A stretch of 52,605 bases of DNA, taken from the NCBI GenBank assembly GCA_963709405.1, contig CAVPXM010000016.1, forward strand, positions 1 through 52,605. The letters are read 5' to 3'. Source of the stretch: an uncultured Nitrososphaerales archaeon. GTDB taxonomy: Archaea; Thermoproteota; Nitrososphaeria; Nitrososphaerales; Nitrososphaeraceae. Positions 1 through 11,652 of this stretch are shown one piece after another (the first letter of the stretch is position 1; every line of letters starts with the position of its first letter). A model generated the notes under the pieces. That model saw only the letters and a program-made list of their open reading frames with translations. It made no database searches and was not told the origin of the DNA. The position numbers and the translations under genes were made by a program.

Positions 1-107
1 GTCTAGAAAATATGGCAAAAAGGAGTGGAATAGAACCTATTTGTTAGTTAGCCATATTCTCTATTTTTGTTGACTGAATTTGTCGTAGTAAATTTTTGTT
101 ATCCCAT

Positions 108-714
108 TCATTCTTGAAGAGCGACTTCTACTGGTGTGGGATTAGAGAATATATCAAATAGAGGGGATTCCCTTTGTGCAAGTTCTACAAGTTCTCTTAT
201 TTTTTCCTTTGGAGCTTCGGATTTGATTTTGAATGCAACCTTTACTTTCTCATATCCGTTTCTAACCTTTTCAGACATTCCAAGATAGCCTTGAAGGTCT
301 ATGTCACCCGATAACGTGGTTTCTACCTCTTCTATCGCTACTCCTTGTCCCTTGCACGGAGATGAGAGTTGAAGTCAAGCAACTACTCAGAGTGGAAGCG
401 CGTACTCGCCTGCATTGGCTCCAGCAACCATCCTCCTCCTAGGAGAACTGGTGGTTCGTCTTCGTCATACACAAAAGGTCGACTTCTGGTGTGAGTCTGA
501 CCGGCGCCATAAAAGTCGTTGATGGTTATTTGGTTATGGCCACCCTCAATCCACTCTCCTTTTGCACGGAAATTGAATTTTGAGAGTATAGGTCTGCTCC
601 TTATGGCATCCATCGTGCCAATAAGTTTTGTGACATTTACCCCATTTACGATTTTTTTTGTTTCTGTTTTTCCACTTGTTGTATTTTGTTTTCTACTTGA
701 TTTATTTTGTTCAT
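108..714 (-). pseudogene. OsmC/Ohr-like family protein, frameshifted
   Basis: Joined frames give NGVNVTKL..DAIRSRP..KFNFRAKGEWIEGGHN..DEPPVLLG..SSCLTSTLI..IEEVETTLSGDIDLQGYLG..VRNGY..SPLFDIFSNPTPVEVAL*; frameshifts near 655 and 350-440. Confidence 0.75.
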
Positions 715-1077
715 TGCATATGATATCATGATAGCATCATATAAATCTATCTATAGATGGTATCATGACTATCAATGAAATCAATAAAGGGAAAAATAGC
801 CTCAAATACGTTAGCTACAATAGAATATCATTTAGAATTTATCTAACGCTAGCATCAAACAGGATACGGTTATTTATGATCTGTATACAAGATGGGAAGA
901 GATCGTGTTCTTTGTAGTCGACAAAAATCAGTAACAATATCAAAGACAATATGGAAAGTAGATAAACTACCGGAGGTTAAAAGAATAGCTACTCCGATCA
1001 ATATAAAGTAGAATATGAACTGGAACACAATAGAAAACGACAAATCCTTCTTTTGAATTAATGAAGATGGCAAATTA

Positions 1078-1623
1078 ATGGCAAAGAATGATTCTGATAT
1101 AAATATACGAAATTACGATAAGGGAGATCATAATAAGGTTATTCAATTAGTTTCAAATATCATAATCAATGAATTTAAGTTTAAACTTGAGTTAGACAAT
1201 TTAGACTCAGATCTTAATCATATAGAGGAGCATTATAATAAATGTATTGGAGGCTGTTTTTGGGTCGCGGAAATAAATAAGGGTGATACTAATATTGGTA
1301 ATACCAAAATTAATAAAAACGATGACGATAATGATAAGATTATTGTAGGAACTACTGCAATAAGAAGACTCGAAAAGTTCGAATCTGCTGCAGAATTGAA
1401 GAGAATGTATGTTTTAAAAAGATACCGAGGATTTGGGATAGGACAGCAAATGCTTGACAAGGCAATATATTTTGCGAAAAGCTTTGGTTATTCTAGGGTT
1501 TTGTTAGATAGTTCACATAACTTGATTGCTGCAAGGAGATTGTATCTTAGAAATGGATTTATTGATGTGTCACGATATAACGATAATTATAGAGCGGATG
1601 TATTTATGGAAAAGAAACTATAG
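1078..1623 (+). CDS. GNAT family N-acetyltransferase
   Basis: AELKRMYVLKRYRGFGIGQQML acetyl-CoA motif; AARRLYLRNGF. Confidence 0.9.
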   Translation: MAKNDSDINIRNYDKGDHNKVIQLVSNIIINEFKFKLELDNLDSDLNHIEEHYNKCIGGCFWVAEINKGDTNIGNTKINKNDDDNDKIIVGTTAIRRLEKFESAAELKRMYVLKRYRGFGIGQQMLDKAIYFAKSFGYSRVLLDSSHNLIAARRLYLRNGFIDVSRYNDNYRADVFMEKKL

Positions 1624-1675
1624 CTATATCATTAGCAGTAAATCATAAATGCGTAAATATGGATTCCAGATTAGG

Positions 1676-2034
1676 ATGAAGTTCAGGAAGATAGTTGAAA
1701 CATGTATTTACTCATCTGACTTAGAAGCTATGAAAGACTTTTACACTAATAGTATAGGACTTGAATTCATTTCTGAAGAAAAAGGAAGACACGTATTCTT
1801 AAAAGCTGGAAAGAGTATGCTATTAATTTTTAATCCAGAAAACACAAGAAGAATGGATGGTAATAACAAGAAATTTCCAGCCCTTGGAGCAATAACCCCT
1901 CCTGCGTGTATTCATTTTGCTTTAGAAATAGAAAACGAATACTATGAGAACTCGAAAGGAATCTTGAAACAAAATAGACTACCAAGTCAATATACTTTCG
2001 AGATCCAGCAGGTAATCTTGTAGAGTTTGTTACT
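1676..2034 (+). pseudogene. VOC/glyoxalase family protein, C-terminally disrupted
   Basis: IVETCIY..DLEAMKDFY..IGL, HFALEI; the terminal SIYFRDPAGNLVEFVT motif is in another frame and is cut by the IS481 end at 2035. Confidence 0.8.
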
Positions 2035-3070
2035 TGTTGTACTTTCTAACATAGGTGACATTATAGCTTACCGACATGGGTTACACTTCTGCTGTCAGGA
2101 AGTGAATCCATATAGAAATCAGAACAAGGTTTAGTCTAATACATGAAAAAGAATGGACTGGTGATACCATAAGCATTATTTGTAAAAAATATGGTGTATC
2201 CAGAAAGACGTACTATAAGTGGAATAAGAGATACAAACAGAAAGGGATAGAAGGTCTATCAGATACCTCAAGAAGACCTCATAATATCAAGTACAAAAAA
2301 GTAACAGCAGAAGTAGAGGAGACAATACTTGATCTACGATTAAGCAAGATATTTGGATGTAATAGGATCAAGTTTAGATTGAGAAAGGTTGTTGGAATCT
2401 CATTAAGCACTCGAACTATATACAAGATATTAAAGAGACATTGTCTTAACATCCTTAGATGTAAAGCTAAAATACGAAGCTACAAACGGTTTGCTATGAA
2501 GCATCCAAATGATATGGTACAGATGGATATCCTTGGCCCTTTCTATCTGAGTAATTCCAGTCAAAGGAATTACATCATTAGCTCTTTAGACGACTGCTCT
2601 AGGAAGGTAGCTAGCAAGTGGTCTGAAAGAAAGAGGTCAGTGGATGTTCTGGACGTATTAGAGGATTGGATAGTGATCAATGGCAAACCTGATAGAGTAA
2701 TGCATGACAATGGAAAGCAGTTTACATCTAACATATTCAGACATTTCCTCGTACACAATCAGATAAAGGATAAACAAATACCAAATCGCTATCCGCAGCT
2801 TCAGGGTAAAGTGGAAGCATATAACAAGATAGTGAAGAATGAATTTCTAGCAGTTGAGGATATACCAAACACAGATGATGGTAAACAAAGGTATGATATG
2901 TTTGTAAAAGCGTATAATGAAACTAGAGAACATGGAGGAATAAATGGTCTTACTCCATCAGAGATGTTTCTACAAAGATTAATTACATCCACCATACATA
3001 CAAGAACAAGCAGCAAAGTGTAACCCATGTAGGGTACTTAATAATGTAACCTATCTGTGCAAGTACAACA
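2035..3070 (+). mobile_element. IS481-family insertion sequence (copy 1)
   Basis: ~54 bp imperfect terminal inverted repeats TGTTGTACTT...AAGTACAACA enclosing an HTH + rve transposase; no target duplication seen. Confidence 0.9.
2102..3023 (+). CDS. IS481-family transposase (5' start disrupted near 2103-2106)
   Basis: Frame is open from 2106 (IHIEIRTRF..CKKYGVSRKTYYKW) into ORF 2379-3023 with DDE motifs VQMD, HDNGKQF, GKVEAYN. Confidence 0.8.
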
Positions 3071-3154
3071 AGTAGTAATAGAATTCTGAATACAAATGCG
3101 ACTTCATATTCTAGCAACAAATGAAGAGGAAGAGGAAGAGAGATGCTTTTCTCC

Positions 3155-3240
3155 TTCCTCAAGAGAATGTTACTTCGAAGTGTTGCTTCTGGCGTTGTGA
3201 GTCATGCTCGTTGTCCTGTAACGGTAGTTCTGATAATCAG
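3155..3240 (+). pseudogene. Universal stress protein C-terminal remnant
   Basis: Translates FLKRMLLRSVASGVVSHARCPVTVV, the typical USP C-terminus. Confidence 0.65.
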
Positions 3241-3336
3241 GTTAGATCATAAAATTGTTCAACTCTAATATGCTTAATTTCATTTCTTACCGTTGGGAGG
3301 ATTTGGATCATTTGGACAATGAAGATTTATCTATCG

Positions 3337-3864
3337 CTAAACATGCCATTCTAATTCATGTTCTTTTCTTTCTTTAACGTCATCAAAATCTAGGTTACAA
3401 TAATGGCATCTTAGACATGTTATTATGCTAAGAGGATAGTCTACGTTTCTCTGGATGCTCTTAGCTTCTTCCAATTCCTCTTCAACCATTCTTCTTGAAG
3501 ATGATGGATAAACAGTATGATGTGTTATTGGTTTATTTTTCTCCAAATATTCTTCTTGCGGCTGGTACTGTAATGCTTCTTTGTACCGTTCAATTAAATG
3601 TCTTAGAGTGTAGTTCCAACCTTGCTTAAAATCTCCAAGATGATAAGATTCTGCCACAACATGGGTATACCTTGTATTGGGATCTGTTTTTGCAAGGAAT
3701 AATAATTCTTCTGGCCTAATGACATCTGCAGCATCAGATATAGGTAAACAAAGAGCAAATTCTGTTTCATATACGTTAGACCAAAGCTGTATTTTTTGCT
3801 TTTGTACTTCTTCTTCCTTATTGTCATTAACTTGGAAGCCCAATGATTTTCTGTCTGTTATCAT
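3337..3864 (-). CDS. Hypothetical protein with C-terminal C2H2-type zinc finger
   Basis: 175-aa ORF ending CHYC-x12-HELEWH. Confidence 0.6.
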   Translation of the reverse strand: MITDRKSLGFQVNDNKEEEVQKQKIQLWSNVYETEFALCLPISDAADVIRPEELLFLAKTDPNTRYTHVVAESYHLGDFKQGWNYTLRHLIERYKEALQYQPQEEYLEKNKPITHHTVYPSSSRRMVEEELEEAKSIQRNVDYPLSIITCLRCHYCNLDFDDVKERKEHELEWHV

Positions 3865-4537
3865 TGTTATTATTATTCATTTATCCCTTGAAAATATCAA
3901 TGAGCGTCGGTACAGATGAAACTGCAATTATACCTGCTGCAACGATTATGAATTTTGAGTTATTATTCATCTATCAGTATAGGCGTCCTACCTTAATAAC
4001 CTAGTGTTTAATTTGTTTATTCAATACCCATCTACCTGACTATTTCATTTGTTATCGTTATGCTCCGGCCAGCGTTATCATTAGCAACGGAGTGTTATGC
4101 TATGAAACTTCTATATCATCTTGGGCAGATGGGTAAGGTCAAAAAGATGGACCAGAAATAATATGAATTATTATTGGTTCTTTGTAGCGAGCCTGAATTC
4201 TCTGCGTTAGTTGATACATATTATCATGACATTGACATTCGCAAATTCTTGTTATTTTTTGAACCATGAATAGTTTCTAATACATTGCCTTCACATAGGC
4301 CATGTTCATTTTGCATACACTTTTCCGATTTATATCCCACCAATTAGGCTTCTTATGTCTATAATCTATATATGTGCATGTCGAAAACGTTTAGTGAAAG
4401 TATTGATAAATGCTTTATTATTGGTTATTCCGATAGTGTTCTCCGGTCCTATATTTGTCCCTTTCTTCTATTTCACGTAAGCTATATCTCGTTTCCAAGG
4501 GTTTTGAGATAGGACTCCAACTGCACTTGAATGATAT

Positions 4538-5422
4538 TCAGAAAATTCGCAGGATTTCAGTGTTAGCAAATATGTCTGGAGGAAGATCTCCTTCAAAATA
4601 GTCCGAAATATTCGAAAGCAGTGATAATATCTGGTTGGTAACTCCGTAGGCTAATCCCATTGGGGCTACGCCATACAACGGACCTTTAGTTAGCTCGTAT
4701 AGGTTTGGTGGCATGCCTTCCTTGTCAACTGTAGTCATTGTTGCAATAACCTGTTGGGCCATACCTATTACCTCTCTACTGCTAGGATCTAGAATAGGCG
4801 AACCGCTAGAACCCCCCACAGCAACGATATCCGTTTGAATTCCCCATGGTTTGGGACTATCATCGTGGGGCATTAGTCCGGCAATGCGCCCCGATTGAAT
4901 AATGGGACTCAAACGAATTCCCTCTCCGTCTCCATTTTTATACAGAATCAACGATAATCTTCCACTCGGATATCCACAAATTACGATCTCATCGTAAAGT
5001 TCCAATTGGCAAGGTTCCTTGATAGTTAAGAAATTATCCGAAGGACGATCCAGTTTTCCTACTCCGATATCTAGATCAATTGACCCTGTAAATCCAGCAA
5101 CTTCTTTGACAGGAGGAAGTCTGATCGATTCATTTATGCGATAAGTATTAAGATCTAACTGATCACCTTTTGTGGTAATATTGAATGCCGAATACATTCC
5201 TTCGAGACCGTTATTCTTTTCCTTATATAAGGTGTTATAATTTAGACATTGACTAAAAACGTGTGCCGAACTGACGAAATACTCACCACCTATGAAAAAA
5301 CCCGTCCCAAAACTACTTATGACATCGTTTGTATCCTTGTTAGAGAGACCTATTGCAACTGTAGCAGATTTGACTCCTTTCAACTTATCAGCTTCGATCA
5401 TCATTATCATATTGCTATACAA
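4538..5422 (-). CDS. Trypsin-like serine protease
   Basis: GTGFFI..SSAHV (His), DLDIGVG (Asp), GGSSGSPI (Ser); no signal peptide. Confidence 0.85.
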   Translation of the reverse strand: MYSNMIMMIEADKLKGVKSATVAIGLSNKDTNDVISSFGTGFFIGGEYFVSSAHVFSQCLNYNTLYKEKNNGLEGMYSAFNITTKGDQLDLNTYRINESIRLPPVKEVAGFTGSIDLDIGVGKLDRPSDNFLTIKEPCQLELYDEIVICGYPSGRLSLILYKNGDGEGIRLSPIIQSGRIAGLMPHDDSPKPWGIQTDIVAVGGSSGSPILDPSSREVIGMAQQVIATMTTVDKEGMPPNLYELTKGPLYGVAPMGLAYGVTNQILSLLSNISDYFEGDLPPDIFANTEILRIF

Positions 5423-5500
5423 TTTAATAATCTTATGACATCAAATGAGATCCTATCTGATCGATATGGCATAATCAGCTGCAGCACTGCGTTGGCCAAT

Positions 5501-6668
5501 AAGTGAAGTGTCCATATTTATGTCGTATTTTATTTATCATCTAGTCTAGATTTTTGTATAGTTAAAGCTTAACATATGTAGAATATCTCTATTTTATGAA
5601 TCATCCTTCTACTCTAAAACTTTCTAGAGGTCAGGAGAATATGTTAAAGTCAATCATGAAGAGTACCGATAATAAAAAGGATTATCGTAGGTTGCTGGCT
5701 ATACTACAAAAAGGAGAAGGTAGAACCTATCATGACATAGCAAAGGAGCATGGAGTTAGCAGTAGATCTGTACAAAGATGGGTCGCTGCATACATTAAGA
5801 AAGGGCTAGTCGGAATAAAGATCAAGAAACCTGGAGGATCGAAATCTAGGATAACTGATAGGGATAAAGAGATTATCCTTTCAGCATTGTTTAACGATCC
5901 ACATATCTTTGGTTATCTAAGGAATACATGGAGTCTAAGGTCGCTGGCAAGGTGTCTTACAGATGAGCTTGATATTCCAATCAGTTTCAAACATCTACAA
6001 AGAATAACTAAGGATATGGGGATTAGATGCACAAGACCAAAATTGGAACTATTACATGGAGAGGATTATGAACAAGGGAAAAAGAGAGTGGATAACTACA
6101 AGCATGTTGCATCAGCTCTGAAAAAAAGAGAGTTATAATGGCATTTGAAGATGAAACTACCATAACACAGAAACCTTGTATTCACAAGTCCATGAGTTTT
6201 GAAGGCCAGCAACAAAGAAGGATAGAACATAATGGAAGTAGAAGGAAGTTCTCCGCATATATATCCATGCTATGGCCTGAAGAGAAATTAATGACGTATG
6301 ATTTCTATGATAGAATGAATTCTACGAGTACTATTGACCATCTGGAGAATCTCAAGAGAAACATTATGAAAAGTGATTGGTGGAAAAGACTCATACTCAT
6401 ATGGGATAACGCCTCATACCATGTAAGCCTAATGGTACGGAATTATATCAATGCACAGAAAGAAGAAGACTGGCTGACCATTATTCACCTACCAAAGAAA
6501 GCACCATACCTAAATCCAAATGAAAGGAGAGTAAACCAGCAGATAAAATCAGATGTATGTGGGAATAGATTTTATACGCAGATAGAAGAACAGAAAGCTG
6601 CAGTATCAGGTTATCTAGAGAGTAGATTTGGAACTTGGAATGACGACAGACACTACGACACTTGACTT
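5501..6668 (+). mobile_element. IS630-family insertion sequence
   Basis: Two ORFs (5596-6138 HTH; 6138-6665 DDE) with an A7G slippery run at 6121; short inverted ends AAGTGAAGTGTC / GACACTTGACTT; boundaries approximate. Confidence 0.8.
5596..6665 (+). CDS. IS630 transposase, probably expressed by -1 frameshift
   Basis: HTH (IAKEHGVSSRSVQRW) followed by FEDET, WDNASYH, APYLNPNE. Confidence 0.85.
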
Positions 6669-6852
6669 TATTGTTAGTATCTGAAGCTTTTGTGTTTTCC
6701 AAGATAACAATGCTCATAATTTTTTTATCATACATTAATTTGCAGACATCACGTACATTCTGGTTTTCAGTAGCTGTTATCACGGTGACGGTCATAAAGT
6801 CCGACACAGGGATCGGTTCACTGTGAGCAATGCTATTACTATTGTTATCCAT
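6669..6852 (-). pseudogene. CBS-domain protein truncated by IS630
   Basis: IPVSDFMTVTVITATENQNVRDVCKLMYDKKIMSIVI resembles the CBS protein at 32664 and runs into the IS630 end. Confidence 0.8.
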
Positions 6853-6899
6853 AATCAAATAGATATTTGTGAATTTGATATTTCTAATCTACGACCACA

Positions 6900-6915
6900 C
6901 TGCATTGCAATGCAG
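6900..6915. promoter_or_regulatory. Perfect 16-bp palindrome, putative transcription-factor site
   Basis: CTGCATTGCAATGCAG midway between two divergent CBS genes, just upstream of a TATA-like AATATATTAT. Confidence 0.6.
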
Positions 6916-6960
6916 ACATCGACAATATATTATTGTTACGCGAAGCCTTTTTGACAACAA

Positions 6961-7587
6961 ATGTATTCGAATTCATTATCCCAGAAGGCTGGCGACTTGA
7001 TTGAAACAAATTTTGCTACTCTACACGAGAACGCTAATGTTGTCGATGCAATTCGATTGATGAATGATAAGAATACATCTTCTATTATTGTCAAATTCAA
7101 AGATTCGGAAGAACCAATAGGTATAGTTACTGAAAGAGATATACTATATCGTGCCGTGGCCGAAAGTAAGGATCCGTCGAAAACCACATTAAAGGAAATA
7201 ATGAGTTCACCAATCCTTACGATCAATAAAGAGGTATTAGTAAAGGAGGCAATATCTATAATGAGAAAGGAAGGAATAAGGAGATTGGTTGTGGTAACAG
7301 ATAAAAATAAATTCGAAGAAACAAACCTATCTTTGCCTACCGACGAAAAAGGTAAAACAACCATACTCGGGGTTTTAACATTAATGTCAATTATTGGAGA
7401 ATCATCTAATCAAAGTATAAATTTGGTAGATATTGACATACCAGATTCTATAATTGCCTTGAAAAATATTGTAATCGTTTGTCCCTATTGCGAATCAAAA
7501 TTTGATAATAAAGCCGATTTGTCAAAACATATCGATAGAATTCATATCGGGGCCGGCCTACTTGAAGGAAATATGAGACAATGGTAA
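6961..7587 (+). CDS. CBS-pair protein with C-terminal C2H2 zinc finger
   Basis: PIGIVTERDIL, IMSSPILTI, GIRRLVVV; CPYC-x12-HIDRIH. Confidence 0.9.
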   Translation: MYSNSLSQKAGDLIETNFATLHENANVVDAIRLMNDKNTSSIIVKFKDSEEPIGIVTERDILYRAVAESKDPSKTTLKEIMSSPILTINKEVLVKEAISIMRKEGIRRLVVVTDKNKFEETNLSLPTDEKGKTTILGVLTLMSIIGESSNQSINLVDIDIPDSIIALKNIVIVCPYCESKFDNKADLSKHIDRIHIGAGLLEGNMRQW

Positions 7588-7713
7588 TAGTTGGTGTCAT
7601 TATAATGTGCGAGCCATCATCCGCTTGAATATTTGTAATATCTTCTATAAACAGCAATCAAGTTCGTTATCTGAACGAGTTTCATTTCTCTTAATTCAGG
7701 TTATTTTTGGTAT

Positions 7714-8622
7714 ATGATATATGATACAAACAATGCTTCATTGAAATCCATACTCTCTATTTCGATTGAAAATGCCTTTCCTGACATTTTCAAAAGGCCT
7801 CCTCTATTTGCTAACGAAAACATGCGATTGATGCAAGCAGCTTCGTTCTTCGCAATTGGACCTCAGATCTATGTAGATGGTTTATTGGTAGTACGAAATG
7901 AGAAGGGAGGAGAAGTAAAAATTATGGGAAGGATTAGTAGTAAACATATAATTCAATCTATACTTCACGCTGGCTATTCTAAATATTTAGGAATAAAATT
8001 ACACCAGATAATGGACAAGAATACACCATTTATTGAAACAAATTCACTTCTTGATGCGGCATTATGCATATTCCAAAAAACAAGATTTGCATTAATTCCA
8101 GTTACTCGAGGAGGAGCGGCAGTTATAGCGACTCTTACTATAAGGGATTTTTTACCACTCATTGTTAAGGCTCATATAGAAGCATCGATAAAGATGGTAT
8201 CCTCACCTCTGGTTTCAGTAACTAGAGATACTAATATGAGAGAAGCCCTAGATATAATGATCACAAGGAATATTAGAAATATAGGGATAGTAGATCATTG
8301 CAAAGGTAGTAAGGAGGATAGGAAAGATTCCAACTTACAATTAATTGGAATTATTAGTGATAGAAACATATTGGAATTTCTTTTGAGCACTAAGGGGAAA
8401 GAAACTATGGCTGAAAAGAGCAGTATGGAATTACAAGATATTGATATAGTCAACGCCTTCGATGTATCAGCCAAGCTGAGATTAGTTCATCCTGACGTTG
8501 GCATAAGTAAGGCAGCTGAGGTCTTGATGGACCTCAGTAATCCGTACATTGTCCTTGAAAGAGAAAATATGATAGTTACTCCATGGGATATAGTTATGAA
8601 AACCTTTGGTCTTGCATTATAA
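7714..8622 (+). CDS. Multi-CBS-domain protein
   Basis: VSSPLVSV..ALDIMITRNIRNIGIV, IGIISDRNIL, IVTPWDIV. Confidence 0.85.
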   Translation: MIYDTNNASLKSILSISIENAFPDIFKRPPLFANENMRLMQAASFFAIGPQIYVDGLLVVRNEKGGEVKIMGRISSKHIIQSILHAGYSKYLGIKLHQIMDKNTPFIETNSLLDAALCIFQKTRFALIPVTRGGAAVIATLTIRDFLPLIVKAHIEASIKMVSSPLVSVTRDTNMREALDIMITRNIRNIGIVDHCKGSKEDRKDSNLQLIGIISDRNILEFLLSTKGKETMAEKSSMELQDIDIVNAFDVSAKLRLVHPDVGISKAAEVLMDLSNPYIVLERENMIVTPWDIVMKTFGLAL

Positions 8623-9313
8623 GACACTTGGAAGGGCTGATTTTTCCTAATTTTACTCTCAGTCATAACTGTTGATTGCTTCGTAGGCCTTATAGTATTG
8701 CTGAGATGATGTGATGACTAATTAGCTTATTATCTTATTAGAGACAGGGAATAATGAGATTATAATTTTTCGGATGACTACTGTATTCCTGACTGCTTTG
8801 TAATGCAAAGCAGTCATCCAACTTAAATATTATATATCGCACCAATATTTCACCTACAATCCAAGATTGCAGCCTGTAATTATGTAATAATTATCAGATG
8901 CATTTTTGTGAACCAGTGTCGTACTTGGTAAGACAATGTGCTCTCAAAATCTGGTAAATATAACAAAAGCAGGCTGCATATTCTCATTTCTTAGGCAACG
9001 CATTGTAATTCAGACGAATTTATAAAAATGTAATGATATCCATAATCTTCTATTATCACACATTTCAAATTGATATGCTTATATTTGTCTACCATCACTA
9101 GACCTATTCACATTATTATATACTTACATTATATCCTGTGGTAAAACATGAATTCTAGTTATAGGTATTTGTCGGATTCTGTATTTCTTTTGAATGGCGA
9201 TTGTTTGCAATAAGAACAAGCCGTCCAGTTAATTTAAATATGTTCTTATTTCATTGAATGGCACTGAATTCATACTGTTTAATAGCCAGCATTTAATTCG
9301 AACAACACCTTAG

Positions 9314-10732
9314 ATGAGTATTAACAAAAAGGATAGCACCGATCATGCTAGGTATGAATTTAGATATACTGATAAATATGATATATTTTCAACCAAAAAA
9401 GGCCTCTGTGTAGAAACTATTGAAGAGATGAGCCAGTCAAGAAGAGAGCCTTACTGGCTAAGAGAGTTTAGGTTGAGATCCTATGATGTCTTCATCAACA
9501 AATCAATACCAAATACGGTTTGTGATCCATTAAAAATAGATTTTCAAAATATCTATTATTCTGCGGCGTTTGAAAAGGAAGACATAAAATTGGACTATGG
9601 TGGGTTCTCTACGGATAAGTCTCAGGTTCCTATAATTACACAAAGAGAACGAGAGTCATTTATTGAGACAGATACTCAAAATGACACTGAGGCAGTTTGC
9701 CATCATTTGAGCGAAAAACTTCAGAAGATGGGTGTAATATTTGTCGACATGGATACTGCGATAAAAAACTATCCCGAACTTTTCGAAAAACATTTTGGAA
9801 GGGTAATTCCACCTGAAGATAACAAGATCGCTGCATTAAATGGAGCTATCTGGTCGAGTGGTTCATTTATGTACGTTCCTCCTGACGTAAAAGTTAGCTT
9901 TCCAGTATATTCGAATTATAGAATTAATATGGAAAATACTGATCAGTTTGAAAGGAATCTTATAATTGCAGATGAAGGATCAGAAGTTCATTATATCGAA
10001 GTATGTCCTTCACGAGCTTACACTCGTACCGTAGGATCGTTGCGTTCTCTAGCTACAGAATTAATTGCAAAAAAATGTGCTAAGATTAGATACACTGCTA
10101 TCCAGAACTGGAGGAAAGATGTCTATAATCTGGTAGCAAAGAGGGCATATGTATACGAGAATGCAACGGTTGAATGGATAGATGGAAGCCTTGGGAGCAA
10201 GCTTACCATGGAGTGCCCAAGCATATATTTGCTTGGAAGAAATGCTATTGCAAAAATAGTATCATTAGCTTTTGCTGGTCCCGGTCAGCATCAAGATGTT
10301 GGTGCAAAAGCAGTACATTTAGCCCCGGATACTACATCTAAGATTGCAACTAAATCTATCAGCAAATCAGACGGAAGAACTACATTTAAAGGCTTATTAC
10401 ATATCGGTAAGGGTTCTATACACGCAAAAGCAGATATTCAATTTGATGCTCTCATTTTAGATGAAAATTCAGGAATTAACGTTTATCCATGTATTGAAGT
10501 TAATGAAGAGAATAGCATTAGCTCTTATGAATCTGTTATTAGAAAAGTCGGTACAGATCAAATGTTTTATCTTATGAGTAGAGGATATTCGGAATCTGAT
10601 GCACTTTCGATGATTGTGACCGGATTCATAGAGTCATTTATGAAGGAATTGCCAGTGGAATGTGCAGTTGAGCTAAGCAGATTTATTAGGCTAGAATTGG
10701 AAGGGAAATCCAGCAGCATTAAAGCTGACTGA
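9314..10732 (+). CDS. sufB: Divergent SufB-like Fe-S assembly protein (lone paralog)
   Basis: EPYWLREFRL, IPPEDNKIAALNGAIWSSGSFMYVP, QFERNLIIADEGSEVHYIE, GQHQDVGAK, FYLMSRG. Confidence 0.85.
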   Translation: MSINKKDSTDHARYEFRYTDKYDIFSTKKGLCVETIEEMSQSRREPYWLREFRLRSYDVFINKSIPNTVCDPLKIDFQNIYYSAAFEKEDIKLDYGGFSTDKSQVPIITQRERESFIETDTQNDTEAVCHHLSEKLQKMGVIFVDMDTAIKNYPELFEKHFGRVIPPEDNKIAALNGAIWSSGSFMYVPPDVKVSFPVYSNYRINMENTDQFERNLIIADEGSEVHYIEVCPSRAYTRTVGSLRSLATELIAKKCAKIRYTAIQNWRKDVYNLVAKRAYVYENATVEWIDGSLGSKLTMECPSIYLLGRNAIAKIVSLAFAGPGQHQDVGAKAVHLAPDTTSKIATKSISKSDGRTTFKGLLHIGKGSIHAKADIQFDALILDENSGINVYPCIEVNEENSISSYESVIRKVGTDQMFYLMSRGYSESDALSMIVTGFIESFMKELPVECAVELSRFIRLELEGKSSSIKAD

Positions 10733-11199
10733 ATCTATTTGTTGAAATATCAAGATGTTAGGTAGAATTGAGAAACGACTATGAAGCTAAGAATAATAAT
10801 AACTAGAATTTCTGAAATCTATAAGTTCCAAAGACACAAAAAATTCAAACTATTTGACTTGTGATATAACACTTCCTCGAAATTTTTGTCTATATAATCT
10901 ATGTATAAAGAAAGATCAATCCTATATGTATCAACTAAAAGATCAATCCATGATTTTTCCTCAATGCCACTACCGAGTAGATATTCTTTCCTCAATTCCT
11001 GTATAGTACTCAATAATAGTGGTCGTACCAAGGATAAAATGGACAGTAATTGTTTTTCTATCCTACTCTTCGTTTTAGAACCACATTTATGACATGCAAT
11101 GTCCTATGTTCTTGTCCATATCCCATACAATAATGCCTTTAGGAGACTAATATTCATACATCGAAGGGGAACTAAAAATTTACCATGGAAAGAAAAAGA

Positions 11200-11400
11200 T
11201 ATTGAAAAGGTGGCCTTTTTTCAAGAATCCTCTATCGCCCAAATCCCGTAGGGTCACAGTTTTAGAATTATTGGACAGGAATGCCAACACTGTCAAGGTT
11301 CGAGGGCCTGATTGCTACAGATGGTACTCCTATTCTTGACATAAAACCATATATCTGCTCAGACATTAAAGCAAACATCGAAGTTCCAGAATGGGAATGA
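11200..11400 (+). pseudogene. TrmO/TsaA (YaeB) family C-terminal remnant
   Basis: Frame-broken RPNPVG..TVLELL..VKVRG..DGTPILDIKPY..PEWE*. Confidence 0.7.
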
Positions 11401-11652
11401 CTCACCACTGCAAATAGCAGCACTAACTTTATAATTAGCGAATATGTTGTTCATATTATTCTTGATTGATTTTGGGAAGCTATTTAGAGTAGCTATGCCA
11501 AAAATTTAATCTGAATATATATTCTTTATATTTACTTGATTACCATGATGCTACTCATTCATGTCTTTTGCAGATTCTAAAATAGACAAACCCAAGTCAG
11601 TTAATTTAACCTTGCTATCTAAGAAGTTATAAAAATAATAGTCCCTGCAACC

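Noticed and set aside
2103-2105. In-frame TGA in the IS481 transposase as selenocysteine or readthrough
   Set aside because: No supporting context; a nonsense change or a 1-bp error beside a GTG start is simpler
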